Both the position numbers and the translations under genes were made by a program. Under the pieces are notes generated by a model that saw only the letters and a list, made by a program, of their open reading frames with translations, was not told the origin of the DNA and made no database searches. Positions 9,524-19,620 of a stretch of DNA of 32,000 nt are shown here, one piece after another; position 1 is the first letter of the stretch, and each line of letters begins with the position of its first letter. The stretch is from Acaryochloris thomasi RCC1774 (lineage in GTDB: Bacteria; Cyanobacteriota; Cyanobacteriia; Thermosynechococcales; Thermosynechococcaceae), in NCBI RefSeq assembly GCF_003231495.1, contig NZ_PQWO01000002.1:210001-242000 (forward strand), given 5' to 3'.

Positions 9524-10558
9524 GTGGGCCTGTTTAGTCGATTATCACGGGATATTGGTATTGATCTCGGGACAGCCAATACGCTTGCATACGTCTCTGG
9601 TAAGGGCATTGTCCTGCAAGAGCCATCAGTGGTAGCTGTTGATCAGATCACAAATCAAGCGCTGGCGGTGGGGGCTGATGCAAAGCAAATGCTGGGGCGA
9701 ACCCCTGGTAATGTGGTTGCCATTCGGCCGCTGCGCGATGGTGTCATCGCTGACTTCGAGAAGGCCGAGCTGATGCTGCAGCACTTTATTCGACGGGTGC
9801 ATGGGGGCAAAAATCTGGTGGCTCCCCGCGTCATTGTGGGCATTCCCAGTGGTGTGACGGGCGTAGAGCGTCGGGCTGTGATTGAGGCCGCAACCCAGGC
9901 TGGTGCACGGGAAGTCCATCTTCTAGACGAACCGGTAGCGGCTGCGATTGGGGCGGGTCTCCCGGTGGAAGAGCCGACCGGCAACATGATTATTGATATT
10001 GGCGGCGGCACCACCGAGGTGGCGGTGCTGAGTCTGCAGGGCAGCGTGATTAGTGAGTCTGTCCGGGTTGCGGGGGATGAACTCACAGAATCGATCACGC
10101 AGTATATGAAAAAGGTTCATAATCTGGTCATCGGAGAACGAACGGCAGAAGATATTAAAATCAGAATTGGCTCTGCTTATCCCAGCAACAGCAATGATGA
10201 TGCCTCTATTGATGTGCGCGGCCTTCACCTGCTGTCGGGTCTTCCCCGTACTGTCTTAGTGAAGGGACCCGAAATTCGGGAAAGCATGACCGAGCCGCTC
10301 TCTGCCATTGTGGAATCTGTGAAACGCACGCTGGAGCGAATGCCGCCGGAGCTGGCTGCAGATATTGTCGATCGCGGCATTATGCTGGCGGGCGGGGGGG
10401 CCTTGCTCAAGGGCATGGATACGCTTGTGAGCCATGAAACCGGCATTGTTGTTCATGTCGCGGAAGATCCTCTGAGCTGCGTGGTTTTAGGAACCGGTAG
10501 AGTGCTGGAGAATTTTGATCAACTATCCCGCGTTTTCAATAATGGCAGCCGTTTTTAG
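9524..10558 (+). CDS. mreB: Rod shape-determining actin homolog MreB
   Basis: 344 aa. Motifs are MGLFSRLSRDIGIDLGTANT, DEPVAAAIGAG, IIDIGGGTTEVAV and GIMLAGGGALL. The GTG start at 9524 follows AGGTAGGA. It is followed by mreC and mreD. Confidence 0.95.
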   Translation: MGLFSRLSRDIGIDLGTANTLAYVSGKGIVLQEPSVVAVDQITNQALAVGADAKQMLGRTPGNVVAIRPLRDGVIADFEKAELMLQHFIRRVHGGKNLVAPRVIVGIPSGVTGVERRAVIEAATQAGAREVHLLDEPVAAAIGAGLPVEEPTGNMIIDIGGGTTEVAVLSLQGSVISESVRVAGDELTESITQYMKKVHNLVIGERTAEDIKIRIGSAYPSNSNDDASIDVRGLHLLSGLPRTVLVKGPEIRESMTEPLSAIVESVKRTLERMPPELAADIVDRGIMLAGGGALLKGMDTLVSHETGIVVHVAEDPLSCVVLGTGRVLENFDQLSRVFNNGSRF

Positions 10559-10634
10559 GCATGGTGGGGTCTAGCCTCTCTCGTAACATCAGTTATAAGA
10601 GGAACAGAGTTTAGCAGACGTTCATCGGGTACCC

Positions 10635-11405
10635 ATGTCTTTTTTATCTCGCTGGTGGGGGCAGTATCGCGGCATTCTATTTCTGGGTGTGGTGAGCATC
10701 AGTACTGCCTGGGTGGTGCGCCAAACGCAGGGAGAGCTGCTCTCTGAACTCTATCGGGTGATCACGCTGCCGTTTCAGGGGAATCCTGCCCAGCAGCAGC
10801 AGCTCATTGCGGCTAAAACCTGGGAGCAGCAGCAAATGATTGCTGATCTGAAAGCCCAAAACCAAAATCTGAAAAAGCTGCTGGATCAGCCTGCGGTGAA
10901 GCAAGATGTTGCGATCGCAACCCCTGTCATTGGTCGTGGAGCCGATCACTGGTGGCAGCAGATCATGGTGGGTCAGGGTTCCAGAGCAGGCATTGCAGAA
11001 GGGGCCGTCGTTCAGGCCCCCGGCGGCTTAGTCGGTCGGGTCACCAAAGTGACAGAAAACACCAGCCGCGTCTTGCTCATTACCGATCCCAGCAGCCGCT
11101 TGGGTGCCACCATCAGCCGCAGTAGGGATATGGGAATCTTGAGGGGGCAATCTAACAAATTCGCCATTATTGAATTTTTTGAGAAAGACCCCGACGTGCG
11201 CGTAGGTGACTCCGTGGTGACCTCATCCCTCAGTCGCCTCTTTCCGGCGGGCGTTGCCATTGGCACAGTACAATCCCTTAAGCTAGAGCAGGTCTCCAAG
11301 CCCCAAGCAATCGTTGAACTCTCCGTTCCCATTGCTAACCTCGAATGGGTAAGCGTCTCCTTTGATGGTCAGAACTCGACAAAAAAAAGCGCCCTTAACC
11401 CTTAA
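10635..11405 (+). CDS. mreC: Rod shape-determining protein MreC
   Basis: 256 aa. It has an N-terminal TM segment, a coiled-coil (QQLIAAKTWEQQQMIADLKAQNQNLKKLL) and a beta-rich C-terminus (GGLVGRVTKV, RLFPAGVAIGTV). It sits between mreB and mreD. Confidence 0.88.
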   Translation: MSFLSRWWGQYRGILFLGVVSISTAWVVRQTQGELLSELYRVITLPFQGNPAQQQQLIAAKTWEQQQMIADLKAQNQNLKKLLDQPAVKQDVAIATPVIGRGADHWWQQIMVGQGSRAGIAEGAVVQAPGGLVGRVTKVTENTSRVLLITDPSSRLGATISRSRDMGILRGQSNKFAIIEFFEKDPDVRVGDSVVTSSLSRLFPAGVAIGTVQSLKLEQVSKPQAIVELSVPIANLEWVSVSFDGQNSTKKSALNP

Positions 11406-11916
11406 TCTCCTCAATGGGCTGGTGACGGTTGCTTCCGTGACGCTCTGTGCTTTAGCCCTACCGCTGCAGTTACCCGGTATGGACCTTGCGGGCGTTGGTC
11501 CACACTGGCTCCTTGCCTGGGTGGTGACTTGGAGCATTAAGCGAGATATGCTCCAGGGGCTCTTCGGTGGCATTGCTGCCGGTTTCTTACAGGATAGTCT
11601 CACTGCATCTCAGCCCACTCACGTGATTGGCTTGGCGCTTGTGGGTTTGATAATCGGGCGGATCAATAAAAAACGCCTGATCGCAGAAGAATTTGTCTCA
11701 GTGGCCCTGATTGTCTTTGGGATGGCGGCTTTTGTTGAAGTTATCCTAGCCCTGCAGTGGAGCTGGGTTAGCGATCGCCCTCTGCTCGCAATTTGGGAGC
11801 GTCTGCCCCAGACCGCTTTGAGTTCTGCTATCCTCAGCAGCCTATGGACCCCCGTTGTTTACTACCCCCTAAATCTTTGGTGGGATCGCGTTCAAGCGTT
11901 GAGTAAATCTGACTGA
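11362..11916 (+). CDS. mreD: Rod shape-determining protein MreD
   Basis: 184-aa polytopic membrane ORF directly after mreC, overlapping it by 44 nt if the ATG at 11362 is used. The assignment rests mainly on operon position and topology. The start is uncertain. Confidence 0.7.
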   Translation: MMVRTRQKKAPLTLNLLNGLVTVASVTLCALALPLQLPGMDLAGVGPHWLLAWVVTWSIKRDMLQGLFGGIAAGFLQDSLTASQPTHVIGLALVGLIIGRINKKRLIAEEFVSVALIVFGMAAFVEVILALQWSWVSDRPLLAIWERLPQTALSSAILSSLWTPVVYYPLNLWWDRVQALSKSD

Positions 11917-12007
11917 ACAGCGTTTATAAAAATCCCGGCGTCGGGGGCTGAAATCGACTACAGTTAAGGGTAGTTAAGCGCAGTTTTGACGCGAGCATGA
12001 GGTCTCT

Positions 12008-13903
12008 ATGCATCTGAGCGAGGTTGTTCACCCTAACCAGCTTCACGGGTTGTCCGTTCATCAGTTAGAACAGATTGCTCGCCAGATTCGTGATAAACAT
12101 CTGGATACTGTTGCTGCAAGTGGGGGGCATTTGGCACCCGGCTTGGGCGTTGTTGAACTCACCCTAGCGCTGTATCAAACCCTCGATCTCGATCAAGATA
12201 AAGTGATTTGGGACGTGGGGCATCAGGCCTATCCACACAAGCTGATCACGGGGCGCTACGATCGTTTTCATACGCTCAGGCAAAAAGACGGTATTGCAGG
12301 CTATCTGAACCGTAAAGAAAGCCGGTTTGACCACTTTGGTGCGGGTCATGCCTCTACCAGCATCTCTGCGGCTTTAGGGATGGCCATGGCTCGGGACCGC
12401 CGAGGCGAAAAATTTAAGTCTGTCGCCGTCATTGGTGATGGTGCTCTCACTGGGGGTATGGCTCTAGAAGCGATTAACCATGCGGGTCATTTGCCCCACA
12501 CAAATGTAATGGTGGTGCTCAATGACAACGATATGTCTATCTCACCCAATGTTGGGGCGCTCTCACGCTACCTCAATAAGATTCGTCTGAGTCCCCCACT
12601 CCAGTTTCTTTCTGACAATCTTGAAGAACAGCTCAGACAGCTCCCCTTCAACGAAAACATTACGCCTGAACTGATGCGGCTCAAGGGTGGCATGAAGCGT
12701 CTGGCTGTTTCCAAGGTAGGGGCCGTTTTTGAAGAGCTGGGCTTTACCTATATGGGGCCGGTGGATGGCCACAATATTGAAGAGTTAATCGCGACCTTTC
12801 AAGAAGGCCACCAGCATCAGGGTCCGGTATTGGTCCACGTTGCTACGATCAAAGGCAAAGGCTACGAAATTGCTGAGCAGGATCAGGTGGGCTACCACGC
12901 TCAAACGCCTTTCAACATTGAGACGGGTAAAGCGATTCCTTCAAGTAAGCCCAAGCCACCCAAGTATTCAAAGGTTTTTGCCGAAACTCTAATCACCATC
13001 GCTGAGAACGATCCCTACGTGATTGGCGTAACGGCGGCGATGGCAACCGGTACCGGTCTTGATAAGCTACAGGCAAAACTGCCGAAGCAGTATGTCGACG
13101 TCGGTATTGCTGAGCAGCATGCGGTGACGCTGGCGGCGGGGATGGCCTGTGAGGGTATGAAGCCAGTGGTGGCTATTTATTCCACCTTTCTGCAGCGTGC
13201 CTATGACCAGATTATTCACGACATCTGTATTCAAAAGTTGCCGGTTTTCTTTTGCTTGGATCGGGCAGGTATTGTTGGGGCTGACGGACCGACTCATCAG
13301 GGCATGTATGACATTGCCTATCTGCGTTGTCTGCCGAATATGGTGATGATGGCTCCTAAAGACGAAGCTGAACTACAGCGGATGTTAGTCACCGGAATTA
13401 ACTATACAGACGGTCCGATTGCGATGCGCTATCCGCGTGGCACTGGTTATGGTGTTGGCACCCTGGAAGATGGGTGGGAATCATTGCCGATTGGTAAGGC
13501 AGAGACGCTGCGCCAAGGGGATGATTTGCTTATTTTGGCTTATGGGTCGATGGTGTATCCCGCTGTGCAAACGGCTGATGTTCTCAGTGAACATGGTATC
13601 CGGGCGACCGTGGTCAATGCTCGCTTTGCCAAGCCGCTAGATACCGAGCTGATTTTGCCGTTGGCCCGTGAGATTGGGCAGGTGGTGACTCTGGAAGAGG
13701 GCTGTGTTACGGGCGGTTTTGGTACTGCAGTGGTTGAGGCCCTAATGGATGCCCAACTGATGGTACCTGTGACTCGCATCGGTGTACCTGATGAGCTTGT
13801 GGAGCATGCAACGGCAGATGAGTCTAAGGCGGCTGTGGGGCTGACCATCCCTCAGATCGTAGATCGTATCCTACAGGCTGCTAAGAAACCCGCTTTGGCC
13901 TAG
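12008..13903 (+). CDS. dxs: 1-deoxy-D-xylulose-5-phosphate synthase
   Basis: 631 aa. Motifs are [32 protein letters not shown], the TPP-binding [36 protein letters not shown] and [13 protein letters not shown]. Confidence 0.96.
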   Translation: MHLSEVVHPNQLHGLSVHQLEQIARQIRDKHLDTVAASGGHLAPGLGVVELTLALYQTLDLDQDKVIWDVGHQAYPHKLITGRYDRFHTLRQKDGIAGYLNRKESRFDHFGAGHASTSISAALGMAMARDRRGEKFKSVAVIGDGALTGGMALEAINHAGHLPHTNVMVVLNDNDMSISPNVGALSRYLNKIRLSPPLQFLSDNLEEQLRQLPFNENITPELMRLKGGMKRLAVSKVGAVFEELGFTYMGPVDGHNIEELIATFQEGHQHQGPVLVHVATIKGKGYEIAEQDQVGYHAQTPFNIETGKAIPSSKPKPPKYSKVFAETLITIAENDPYVIGVTAAMATGTGLDKLQAKLPKQYVDVGIAEQHAVTLAAGMACEGMKPVVAIYSTFLQRAYDQIIHDICIQKLPVFFCLDRAGIVGADGPTHQGMYDIAYLRCLPNMVMMAPKDEAELQRMLVTGINYTDGPIAMRYPRGTGYGVGTLEDGWESLPIGKAETLRQGDDLLILAYGSMVYPAVQTADVLSEHGIRATVVNARFAKPLDTELILPLAREIGQVVTLEEGCVTGGFGTAVVEALMDAQLMVPVTRIGVPDELVEHATADESKAAVGLTIPQIVDRILQAAKKPALA

Positions 13904-13952
13904 AGTGATGCTCTATTTCTTCTTTAACGTTCATTCATTGTTCTCTTGATCT

Positions 13953-15020
13953 ATGGCTCCCAAGTTGAATAGTCCGGTGTATCCCGTTGTCTGGTGTGAT
14001 GACCACGTGCAGCTTATCGATCAAACGAGACTACCGGGTGAACATACGGTGGTTGAGATTCGTCGCTCAGGCGATATGGCAACGGCGATTCAAACGATGA
14101 TTGTGCGGGGCGCTCCTGCGATTGGGGTGGCTGCTGCTTTTGGTATGTACCTTGGGAGTCGCGAGATTTCGACTTCGGACCGAGAAGCTTTTCTGCAGCA
14201 GCTTGAAGGCATTGGTAAGACCTTGGGGGCAACACGACCCACGGCGGTGAATTTATTCTGGGCCGTTTCTCGCATGCTGAAGGTGGCGCAGGGGAATCCC
14301 GGCAGCGTTGGTGACATTCAGGCGCAGCTCTTACAAACGGCAGTTGCGATCGCATCTGAAGATGTTCAGACTTGCAAAGCCATCGGTGAACACGGACTCT
14401 CAATCTTGCCGCAATCCCCTGAAAAACTGTGTTTGCTGACCCACTGCAACGCAGGCGCTTTAGCCACCGCAGGATACGGCACTGCCCTGGGCGTGGTGCG
14501 CTCAGCCTGGACTGCGGGGCGTCTAGCTCAGGTCTATGCAGACGAAACCCGCCCTAGACTTCAGGGTGCCAAGCTGACCGCCTGGGAATGTGTCCAAGAG
14601 GGTATTCCCGTAACCGTGATTGCCGATGGTATGGCGGCCCACTGTATGCAGCAGGGCATGATTGACCTCGTCGTCGTTGGAGCTGACCGCATTGCCGCCA
14701 ACGGTGACGCCGCTAACAAAATCGGCACCTACAGCGTTGCCCTCTGTGCCCAAGCTCATAAAATTCCCTTTTACGTTGCTGCGCCACTGTCCACAATTGA
14801 CTTTGACCTCACGGACGGCAGCAAAATACCCATCGAAGAGCGCCATCCTTCAGAGCTTTACCAGTTGGGCGACCTCAATATCTGTCCTCCTGGCGTTGAG
14901 TTCTATAACCCTGCCTTTGACGTGACGCCTGCAGCCTTGATTGCAGGCATTATCACCGAACACGGCGTCTTCAAGCCAGAGGACGTTCAGAGCCAACTTC
15001 AGCATCTCGCTCACGCATAG
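13953..15020 (+). CDS. mtnA: S-methyl-5-thioribose-1-phosphate isomerase
   Basis: 355 aa of the eIF-2B alpha/beta/delta-like family. Motifs are [54 protein letters not shown] and [20 protein letters not shown]. Confidence 0.92.
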   Translation: MAPKLNSPVYPVVWCDDHVQLIDQTRLPGEHTVVEIRRSGDMATAIQTMIVRGAPAIGVAAAFGMYLGSREISTSDREAFLQQLEGIGKTLGATRPTAVNLFWAVSRMLKVAQGNPGSVGDIQAQLLQTAVAIASEDVQTCKAIGEHGLSILPQSPEKLCLLTHCNAGALATAGYGTALGVVRSAWTAGRLAQVYADETRPRLQGAKLTAWECVQEGIPVTVIADGMAAHCMQQGMIDLVVVGADRIAANGDAANKIGTYSVALCAQAHKIPFYVAAPLSTIDFDLTDGSKIPIEERHPSELYQLGDLNICPPGVEFYNPAFDVTPAALIAGIITEHGVFKPEDVQSQLQHLAHA

Positions 15021-15035
15021 GCGTTCCTGATATGT

Positions 15036-15941
15036 CTATTTGAGAGCAAACCTTTGGACTGCAAATAGACTGCCGACTAAGCCCACTAGGCTGCCGAACC
15101 CAATCAGAATTAAAGGCAGCAAGATGAGCTGGCCGCTATTGAGGCGGACACCGTCGCTCACCACCTGTAAGAAATTGGGTTGCTCGGTCAATAGATGCTG
15201 CATAAACCGCCGAGTCGCACTCAAAAATCCCCAGGAAACGATCGCCCCGATCACACCAAAGGTAATGCCCTGCAGAATAAAGGGCAGATAAATCCAGAGT
15301 CGAGTTGCCCCCACCAGCTGCATGACCTCAATCTCCTGATGTCGCGAGATTACAATGAGTCGAATTGTCGTTGTGATCACGGCAATGGCCGTTAGCGTCA
15401 AAAGGCCAATCACCAATACACTCAGACGGCTGAAGCCCTGATTAATCTGAATGAGATTCTGCAGCGCTTCGTCGAGATACGTCACCTCATCAACACCGGG
15501 AACCTTAGCGAGCTTCTGCGCCACGGGAGGCACCAGGGCTGCAGAGCGAACGCTCACCTTCAGCTCATCCACTAACGGATTTTGCCCCAAATCTTCGGTG
15601 GCTCCATCAATGTCTGTTTGCCCTAGATCCTGAAGTAGCTCCTGCCACGCCTGATCTTTGGGTACCACCTCCACCGCCGTTATCTCTGGATACTGTTCGA
15701 TTGTGGGGCGTAACACCTGTCCAGAAACGCCTGACTCTAAATACAAAGAGATCTCCAGACGTGACCCCATTTGGTTCAGCAGGCCGCTGACCTGCCAAGA
15801 GGTTTGTAGACTGACCCCAAACAGAAATAGCAAAACCGTCACTGTACTGATGGCAGCCCAGTTCATCCATCCACCGCGGCGCAGGCCCCGTAAAGTTTCT
15901 TGCCCTAAGTAGCCCAGCTTTGTGAGCCAAAGTTTAAACAT
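15036..15941 (-). CDS. ftsX: Cell division ABC transporter permease FtsX
   Basis: 301 aa with the topology TM - periplasmic domain - three C-terminal TMs. It lies directly downstream of ftsE on the same strand (21-nt gap). Confidence 0.88.
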   Translation of the reverse strand: MFKLWLTKLGYLGQETLRGLRRGGWMNWAAISTVTVLLFLFGVSLQTSWQVSGLLNQMGSRLEISLYLESGVSGQVLRPTIEQYPEITAVEVVPKDQAWQELLQDLGQTDIDGATEDLGQNPLVDELKVSVRSAALVPPVAQKLAKVPGVDEVTYLDEALQNLIQINQGFSRLSVLVIGLLTLTAIAVITTTIRLIVISRHQEIEVMQLVGATRLWIYLPFILQGITFGVIGAIVSWGFLSATRRFMQHLLTEQPNFLQVVSDGVRLNSGQLILLPLILIGFGSLVGLVGSLFAVQRFALK

Positions 15942-15962
15942 GGTGAAATCTTACACTTGTTC

Positions 15963-16730
15963 TTAGGCTGTTTTATCAGCATTCACCATATGCAGCCGCC
16001 CATTGTAGATGCGGGCAACAGGTGCCTGAGCTACTTGAATCAAGTGCATGTCGTGGGTCGTAATCACAACGGTAATCCCCAGGTTGTTCAGCTTCTTCAA
16101 AATACTGAGAACCTGTAGCGCATTTTCCTGATCGAGATTGCCCGTAGGCTCATCCGCCAGTAGTAATTTTGGGGATCCCACAATCGCGCGGGCAATACTG
16201 GCGCGCTGCTGCTCACCCCCCGACAGTTGGCTAGGGAAGCAGTCGGCTCGCTTCTGCAGCCCCACTAGCTTGAGGGTCGGACGCAGGCGACGCTCAATTT
16301 CATCGCGGGGGATGCCTTGGGACTTAAGGACAAAGGCAATATTTTCTGTAATCGTCCAGCGTGGAATCAGCTTATAGTCTTGAAACACGACGCCTAGCTG
16401 CCGCCTCAGATGCGATAGCCGATTGCCTCTTAGAACGCCAACATTAGTTCCAGCGACTAAGACTTCACCATGATCGGGGCGCTCAGCGCCGTAGACTAGC
16501 TTCATCAAAGTTGTTTTCCCAGCCCCAGACGGGCCAGTGACGAACAAAAAGCTGCCTTGCTTGAGGCGCAAATTGACATCAACAAGACCAAACTTTGTTT
16601 GAGGATAAACCTTTGTGACTCCTTTGAGATGAACAGTATAGTCCAGTGGAGTTGCCTGAGAGCGAGGGTGTAGAGGCTGCTCTAAGGGTTGAGGGAAGAG
16701 GTCAGATCCAGGTAGCAGTGCTCGGGTCAT
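15963..16730 (-). CDS. ftsE: Cell division ATP-binding protein FtsE
   Basis: 255 aa. Walker A is GPSGAGKTT, the ABC signature is LSGGEQQR, and Walker B is [12 protein letters not shown]. There is a ~35-aa N-terminal extension before the conserved core, with no alternative ATG. Confidence 0.9.
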   Translation of the reverse strand: MTRALLPGSDLFPQPLEQPLHPRSQATPLDYTVHLKGVTKVYPQTKFGLVDVNLRLKQGSFLFVTGPSGAGKTTLMKLVYGAERPDHGEVLVAGTNVGVLRGNRLSHLRRQLGVVFQDYKLIPRWTITENIAFVLKSQGIPRDEIERRLRPTLKLVGLQKRADCFPSQLSGGEQQRASIARAIVGSPKLLLADEPTGNLDQENALQVLSILKKLNNLGITVVITTHDMHLIQVAQAPVARIYNGRLHMVNADKTA

Positions 16731-16736
16731 AATTCC

Positions 16737-17471
16737 TTATCTTAGCTTGACCAATAAAGAACGCCAGGCGAATCGAGGTAGGGCCAGCATCCTGCGCCAT
16801 CGCCACGGCTCTTGATAGAGACGGTATACCCACTCCAAATTATTGTTGCATAACCAGGCGGGAGCCCGTTGACTGCGCTCAGCCCAGATGTCAAAACTGC
16901 CGCCAATGCCCATCCATACCGCGTTGGGGCAGAGATGACGGTGTTGGGCAATCCAGTATTCTTGGCGAGGGACGCCGAGGCCGACAAAAATAAGCTGGGG
17001 CTGCAGCTCCTGCAGTTTGTGTAAAAATGGCTCTGTGTCTTCAGGCGTTAAAAAACCATTCTGCGTGCCTAAAATTTGCAGGTTGGGTAATTTCTGCTGC
17101 CATTTTTCAGCGGCTTCGCTGGCAACACTAGGTTCGCCCCCGAAGAAAAAGACGGACCACGAAGATTGGGCGGCTTCTTCTAGCATTTGAGCGGCTAACT
17201 CAATGCCTGGGCAGCGCTGGATTTGTTCACCGAATAGCTTGAGATAGAGGACGACCCCCGCGCCATCGGGAATCACGAACTCGGCAGCTCGAATAACATC
17301 TGCAAGCTGTGGCGTTTCTTGGGCCAGCATCGTCATTTCTGCATTGAGGGTGACCACGTGGGTGCTTTGGCCCTCCGCGATCCGGTTTGCCAGCCATGGC
17401 TGATACTCGGGTAAACAATCCACAGGAAAACCTAGGACCGGAAACTTTTTGGGTGGGTCAATGGTAAGCAT
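16737..17471 (-). CDS. WecB/TagA/CpsF-family glycosyltransferase
   Basis: Family blocks are VVTLNAEM, FVIPDGAGVV, IFVGLGVPRQEYWI and GIGGSFD. The ORF-track start at 17492 is TTG. The ATG at 17469-17471 (MLTIDPPKKF) is preferred. It lies 6 nt upstream of ftsE on the same strand. Confidence 0.85.
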   Translation of the reverse strand: MLTIDPPKKFPVLGFPVDCLPEYQPWLANRIAEGQSTHVVTLNAEMTMLAQETPQLADVIRAAEFVIPDGAGVVLYLKLFGEQIQRCPGIELAAQMLEEAAQSSWSVFFFGGEPSVASEAAEKWQQKLPNLQILGTQNGFLTPEDTEPFLHKLQELQPQLIFVGLGVPRQEYWIAQHRHLCPNAVWMGIGGSFDIWAERSQRAPAWLCNNNLEWVYRLYQEPWRWRRMLALPRFAWRSLLVKLR

Positions 17472-17760
17472 ATAAACGCTTTTACAATACAAACCTGCGG
17501 TTGAATTGTGCTGTCAGCGATCGTTAGACCGTAACAGTAGGTTACCCCAGCAAATGATTGCTTCTGTCAGGAACCCTCAACCAGATGTTTAATCGTTCAT
17601 CTTAATCTAGATAGTCTGTGAAAGAAAGTTGTCGATTACAAAAAGTTTTATCTCATTCTGTGCTCTAAACCACAAAAAGCCCCCTTCTATTGATTAGAAT
17701 TAGTTATGGGTAATCGTGGAGTGAGATTAAAGTTTAGTGGGTGAATCAACATTGAAGCTT

Positions 17761-17910
17761 ATGACCGTTTTTTGTCATGCAGTTGCCGTTACGTTGCTGT
17801 TGACTGGGTGGTTATGGTTCTCAGATTTTCTCTCTATTAAAGGCCCTCAACCTGCCTCAAATAGCAAGACTGAGCAGGTAAATCCCCTGCGTATTGGGAT
17901 TGCATTTTAA
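17761..17910 (+). CDS. Possible small single-TM membrane protein (49 aa; 57 aa from GTG 17737)
   Basis: This ORF is my own reading and falls below the ORF-track cutoff: MTVFCHAVAVTLLLTGWLWFSDFLSIKGPQPASNSKTEQVNPLRIGIAF. It has one clear hydrophobic helix. Its TAA (17908-17910) interlocks with the rhodanese stop (17907-17909). I see no homology support. Confidence 0.3.
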   Translation: MTVFCHAVAVTLLLTGWLWFSDFLSIKGPQPASNSKTEQVNPLRIGIAF

Positions 17911-18743
17911 GTTTCAAGCTGGACTGTCATTGTCGAATCGAGCGGATAGGAGCACCAGTCACTCCAGCTCCCGGCGTAAAGTTTACCCTTAATGCCTGTT
18001 GCTTCAAGGGCCATGAGGTTGACGCAGGCGGTGACGCCTGAGCCGCAGTAAACAATGACTTCTGAAGTGTCGAGCGTTCCCCAGTGGTGGCGCAGTTCTG
18101 ACGGAGCTTTTAGGTATCCGCGTTCATTTGTGACGGCTTTCCAGGGATAGTTGATGGCCCCAGGGATGTGGCCTGCAATCGGATCAATGGGTTCTCGCTC
18201 TCCACGGTAGCGATCGCTATCCCGTGAGTCTACTAGCGTTTTATCCCGTCTGTGGGCGACGGCTTGGATCTCTGTGACCATGTGGGATTGAATTATGGGT
18301 TTCAAGTTTCCTGCTCGAGGCGGAGGAATCTCGTCGGTGACCGGATAGCCTGCTGCTTGATAGGCTGAGAAGCCACCGTCTAAGACGGCTGACCGTGGAT
18401 GTCCTAAATAGCGTAGGAGCCACCATAGGCGAGCGGCGAAGGCGAACCGGCTGTCATCGTAGCTGACGACTAACGTTTCGGCGGTGACGCCCATATTGGA
18501 GAGCTTGGTGGCGAGCTGTTGTGGATCGGGCAGCGGATGTCGCCCTCCGTGGGTCTGGACGGGAGCAGCAAGATCTCGATTGAGATCTAAGTAATAGGCC
18601 CCTGGGATATGGTTATGCTCATATTGCTGCCGTCCCAGGTCTGGTTCCTGCAGCGAAAATCGGCAGTCAATGACGACGATTGATTGACGATACTCGGCAA
18701 GCCACTGGGGGGATACTGTTACTGTCTCTATTGCTGAACTCAT
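17907..18743 (-). CDS. sseA: Tandem-rhodanese sulfurtransferase (3-mercaptopyruvate/thiosulfate sulfurtransferase, SseA-like)
   Basis: 278 aa with two rhodanese domains. The active-site loop CGSGVTAC is the mercaptopyruvate-sulfurtransferase type (CG[ST]GVTA). HIPGA motifs occur in both halves. Confidence 0.85.
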   Translation of the reverse strand: MSSAIETVTVSPQWLAEYRQSIVVIDCRFSLQEPDLGRQQYEHNHIPGAYYLDLNRDLAAPVQTHGGRHPLPDPQQLATKLSNMGVTAETLVVSYDDSRFAFAARLWWLLRYLGHPRSAVLDGGFSAYQAAGYPVTDEIPPPRAGNLKPIIQSHMVTEIQAVAHRRDKTLVDSRDSDRYRGEREPIDPIAGHIPGAINYPWKAVTNERGYLKAPSELRHHWGTLDTSEVIVYCGSGVTACVNLMALEATGIKGKLYAGSWSDWCSYPLDSTMTVQLET

Positions 18744-19620
18744 GTCCGATATTCAGGCGCAACATCTTATCCCCAGGCTAACGGCTGATGGGTCCTATAC
18801 GTTTTTCTCGAGTGAGTTTGGCGAATGCTTCCATAGCCATCATGGGGCTGAGCAGGAGGCTAGGGGAAAGTTTGTGATCCCGACGGGTATCCCGGAACGG
18901 GCGCAGCAAGGCCAGCTGACGATCTTGGATATTTGTTATGGCTTGGGCTATAACAGTGCGGCGGCGCTGGAGTGCATCTGGCAGGTTAATCCCAACTGTC
19001 GGGTGACGCTAGTAGCCTTGGAGAGCGATGGGGTGGTGGGTAAGGTTGCTGCTGCAAATAACTATCTTCAGCATTGGTCCCCAAAAATTCAGAACGATCT
19101 ATTACAGCTTTGCACCGATCATCAGACTAACTCTTCTACTCTTGACGCACAGCTCCTCATTGGAGATGCCCGCCAAACCATTCAATCCTTGGCACAAGGG
19201 GACTTTATGGCAGATGCAATCTTCCTTGATCCCTTTTCTCCGCCTCACTGCCCGCAGTTGTGGACCGTGGAATTTTTGACCCAGGTCCGTCATTGTCTGC
19301 ATTCCAACGGAAGACTCGCAACCTATTCATGCTCGGCAGCTGTGAGGACAGGACTGATTACTGCAGGTTTTCAAATTGGCTCTAGTTCCCCTGTGGGTCG
19401 CCGCACACCCGGAACGATCGCTGCTCTCGCTGCTGATTCCAATTTGCCTTCCCTTGCCGCTCAAGAATTAGAGCATCTGCAAACCCGTGCTGCCGTTTCT
19501 TATCGAGATCCCATGCTGCAAGATGGTACGGATACTATTCGTGAGCGCCGACGCCAGATGCAGCAGTGCTCTGAGTTAGAGCCGACGCGTCAATGGAAAA
19601 ATCGATGGCTGTCGGTGTGA
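18742..19620 (+). CDS. MnmC-like SAM-dependent methyltransferase (DUF752; tRNA mnm5s2U34 methyltransferase family)
   Basis: 292 aa. Matching blocks are TADGSYTFFSSEFGECFHSHHGAEQEA and DAIFLDPFSPPHCPQLWTVEFL, the stand-alone methyltransferase domain of MnmC (DAxFxDxFxPxxxPxLW). No FAD-oxidase domain is present. Confidence 0.75.
   Translation: MSDIQAQHLIPRLTADGSYTFFSSEFGECFHSHHGAEQEARGKFVIPTGIPERAQQGQLTILDICYGLGYNSAAALECIWQVNPNCRVTLVALESDGVVGKVAAANNYLQHWSPKIQNDLLQLCTDHQTNSSTLDAQLLIGDARQTIQSLAQGDFMADAIFLDPFSPPHCPQLWTVEFLTQVRHCLHSNGRLATYSCSAAVRTGLITAGFQIGSSSPVGRRTPGTIAALAADSNLPSLAAQELEHLQTRAAVSYRDPMLQDGTDTIRERRRQMQQCSELEPTRQWKNRWLSV

Noticed and set aside
9626-10456. Five antisense ORFs within mreB (9626-9919, 9655-10098, 9923-10228, 10225-10446, 10256-10456)
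   Set aside because: They are shadow ORFs typical of GC-balanced coding DNA opposite a highly conserved gene. No start context or family resemblance is present.
11362-11405. The 44-nt mreC/mreD overlap as a possible frameshift or fusion
   Set aside because: Both frames are intact and overlap of mreC and mreD is common. The uncertainty is only in the mreD start codon.
16626-16730. The ~35-aa N-terminal extension of FtsE as a possible mis-called start or fusion
   Set aside because: No alternative ATG/GTG/TTG start precedes the conserved core in frame, and the extension is contiguous with the ORF. It is probably a genuine lineage-specific extension, and there is nothing further to test from sequence alone.
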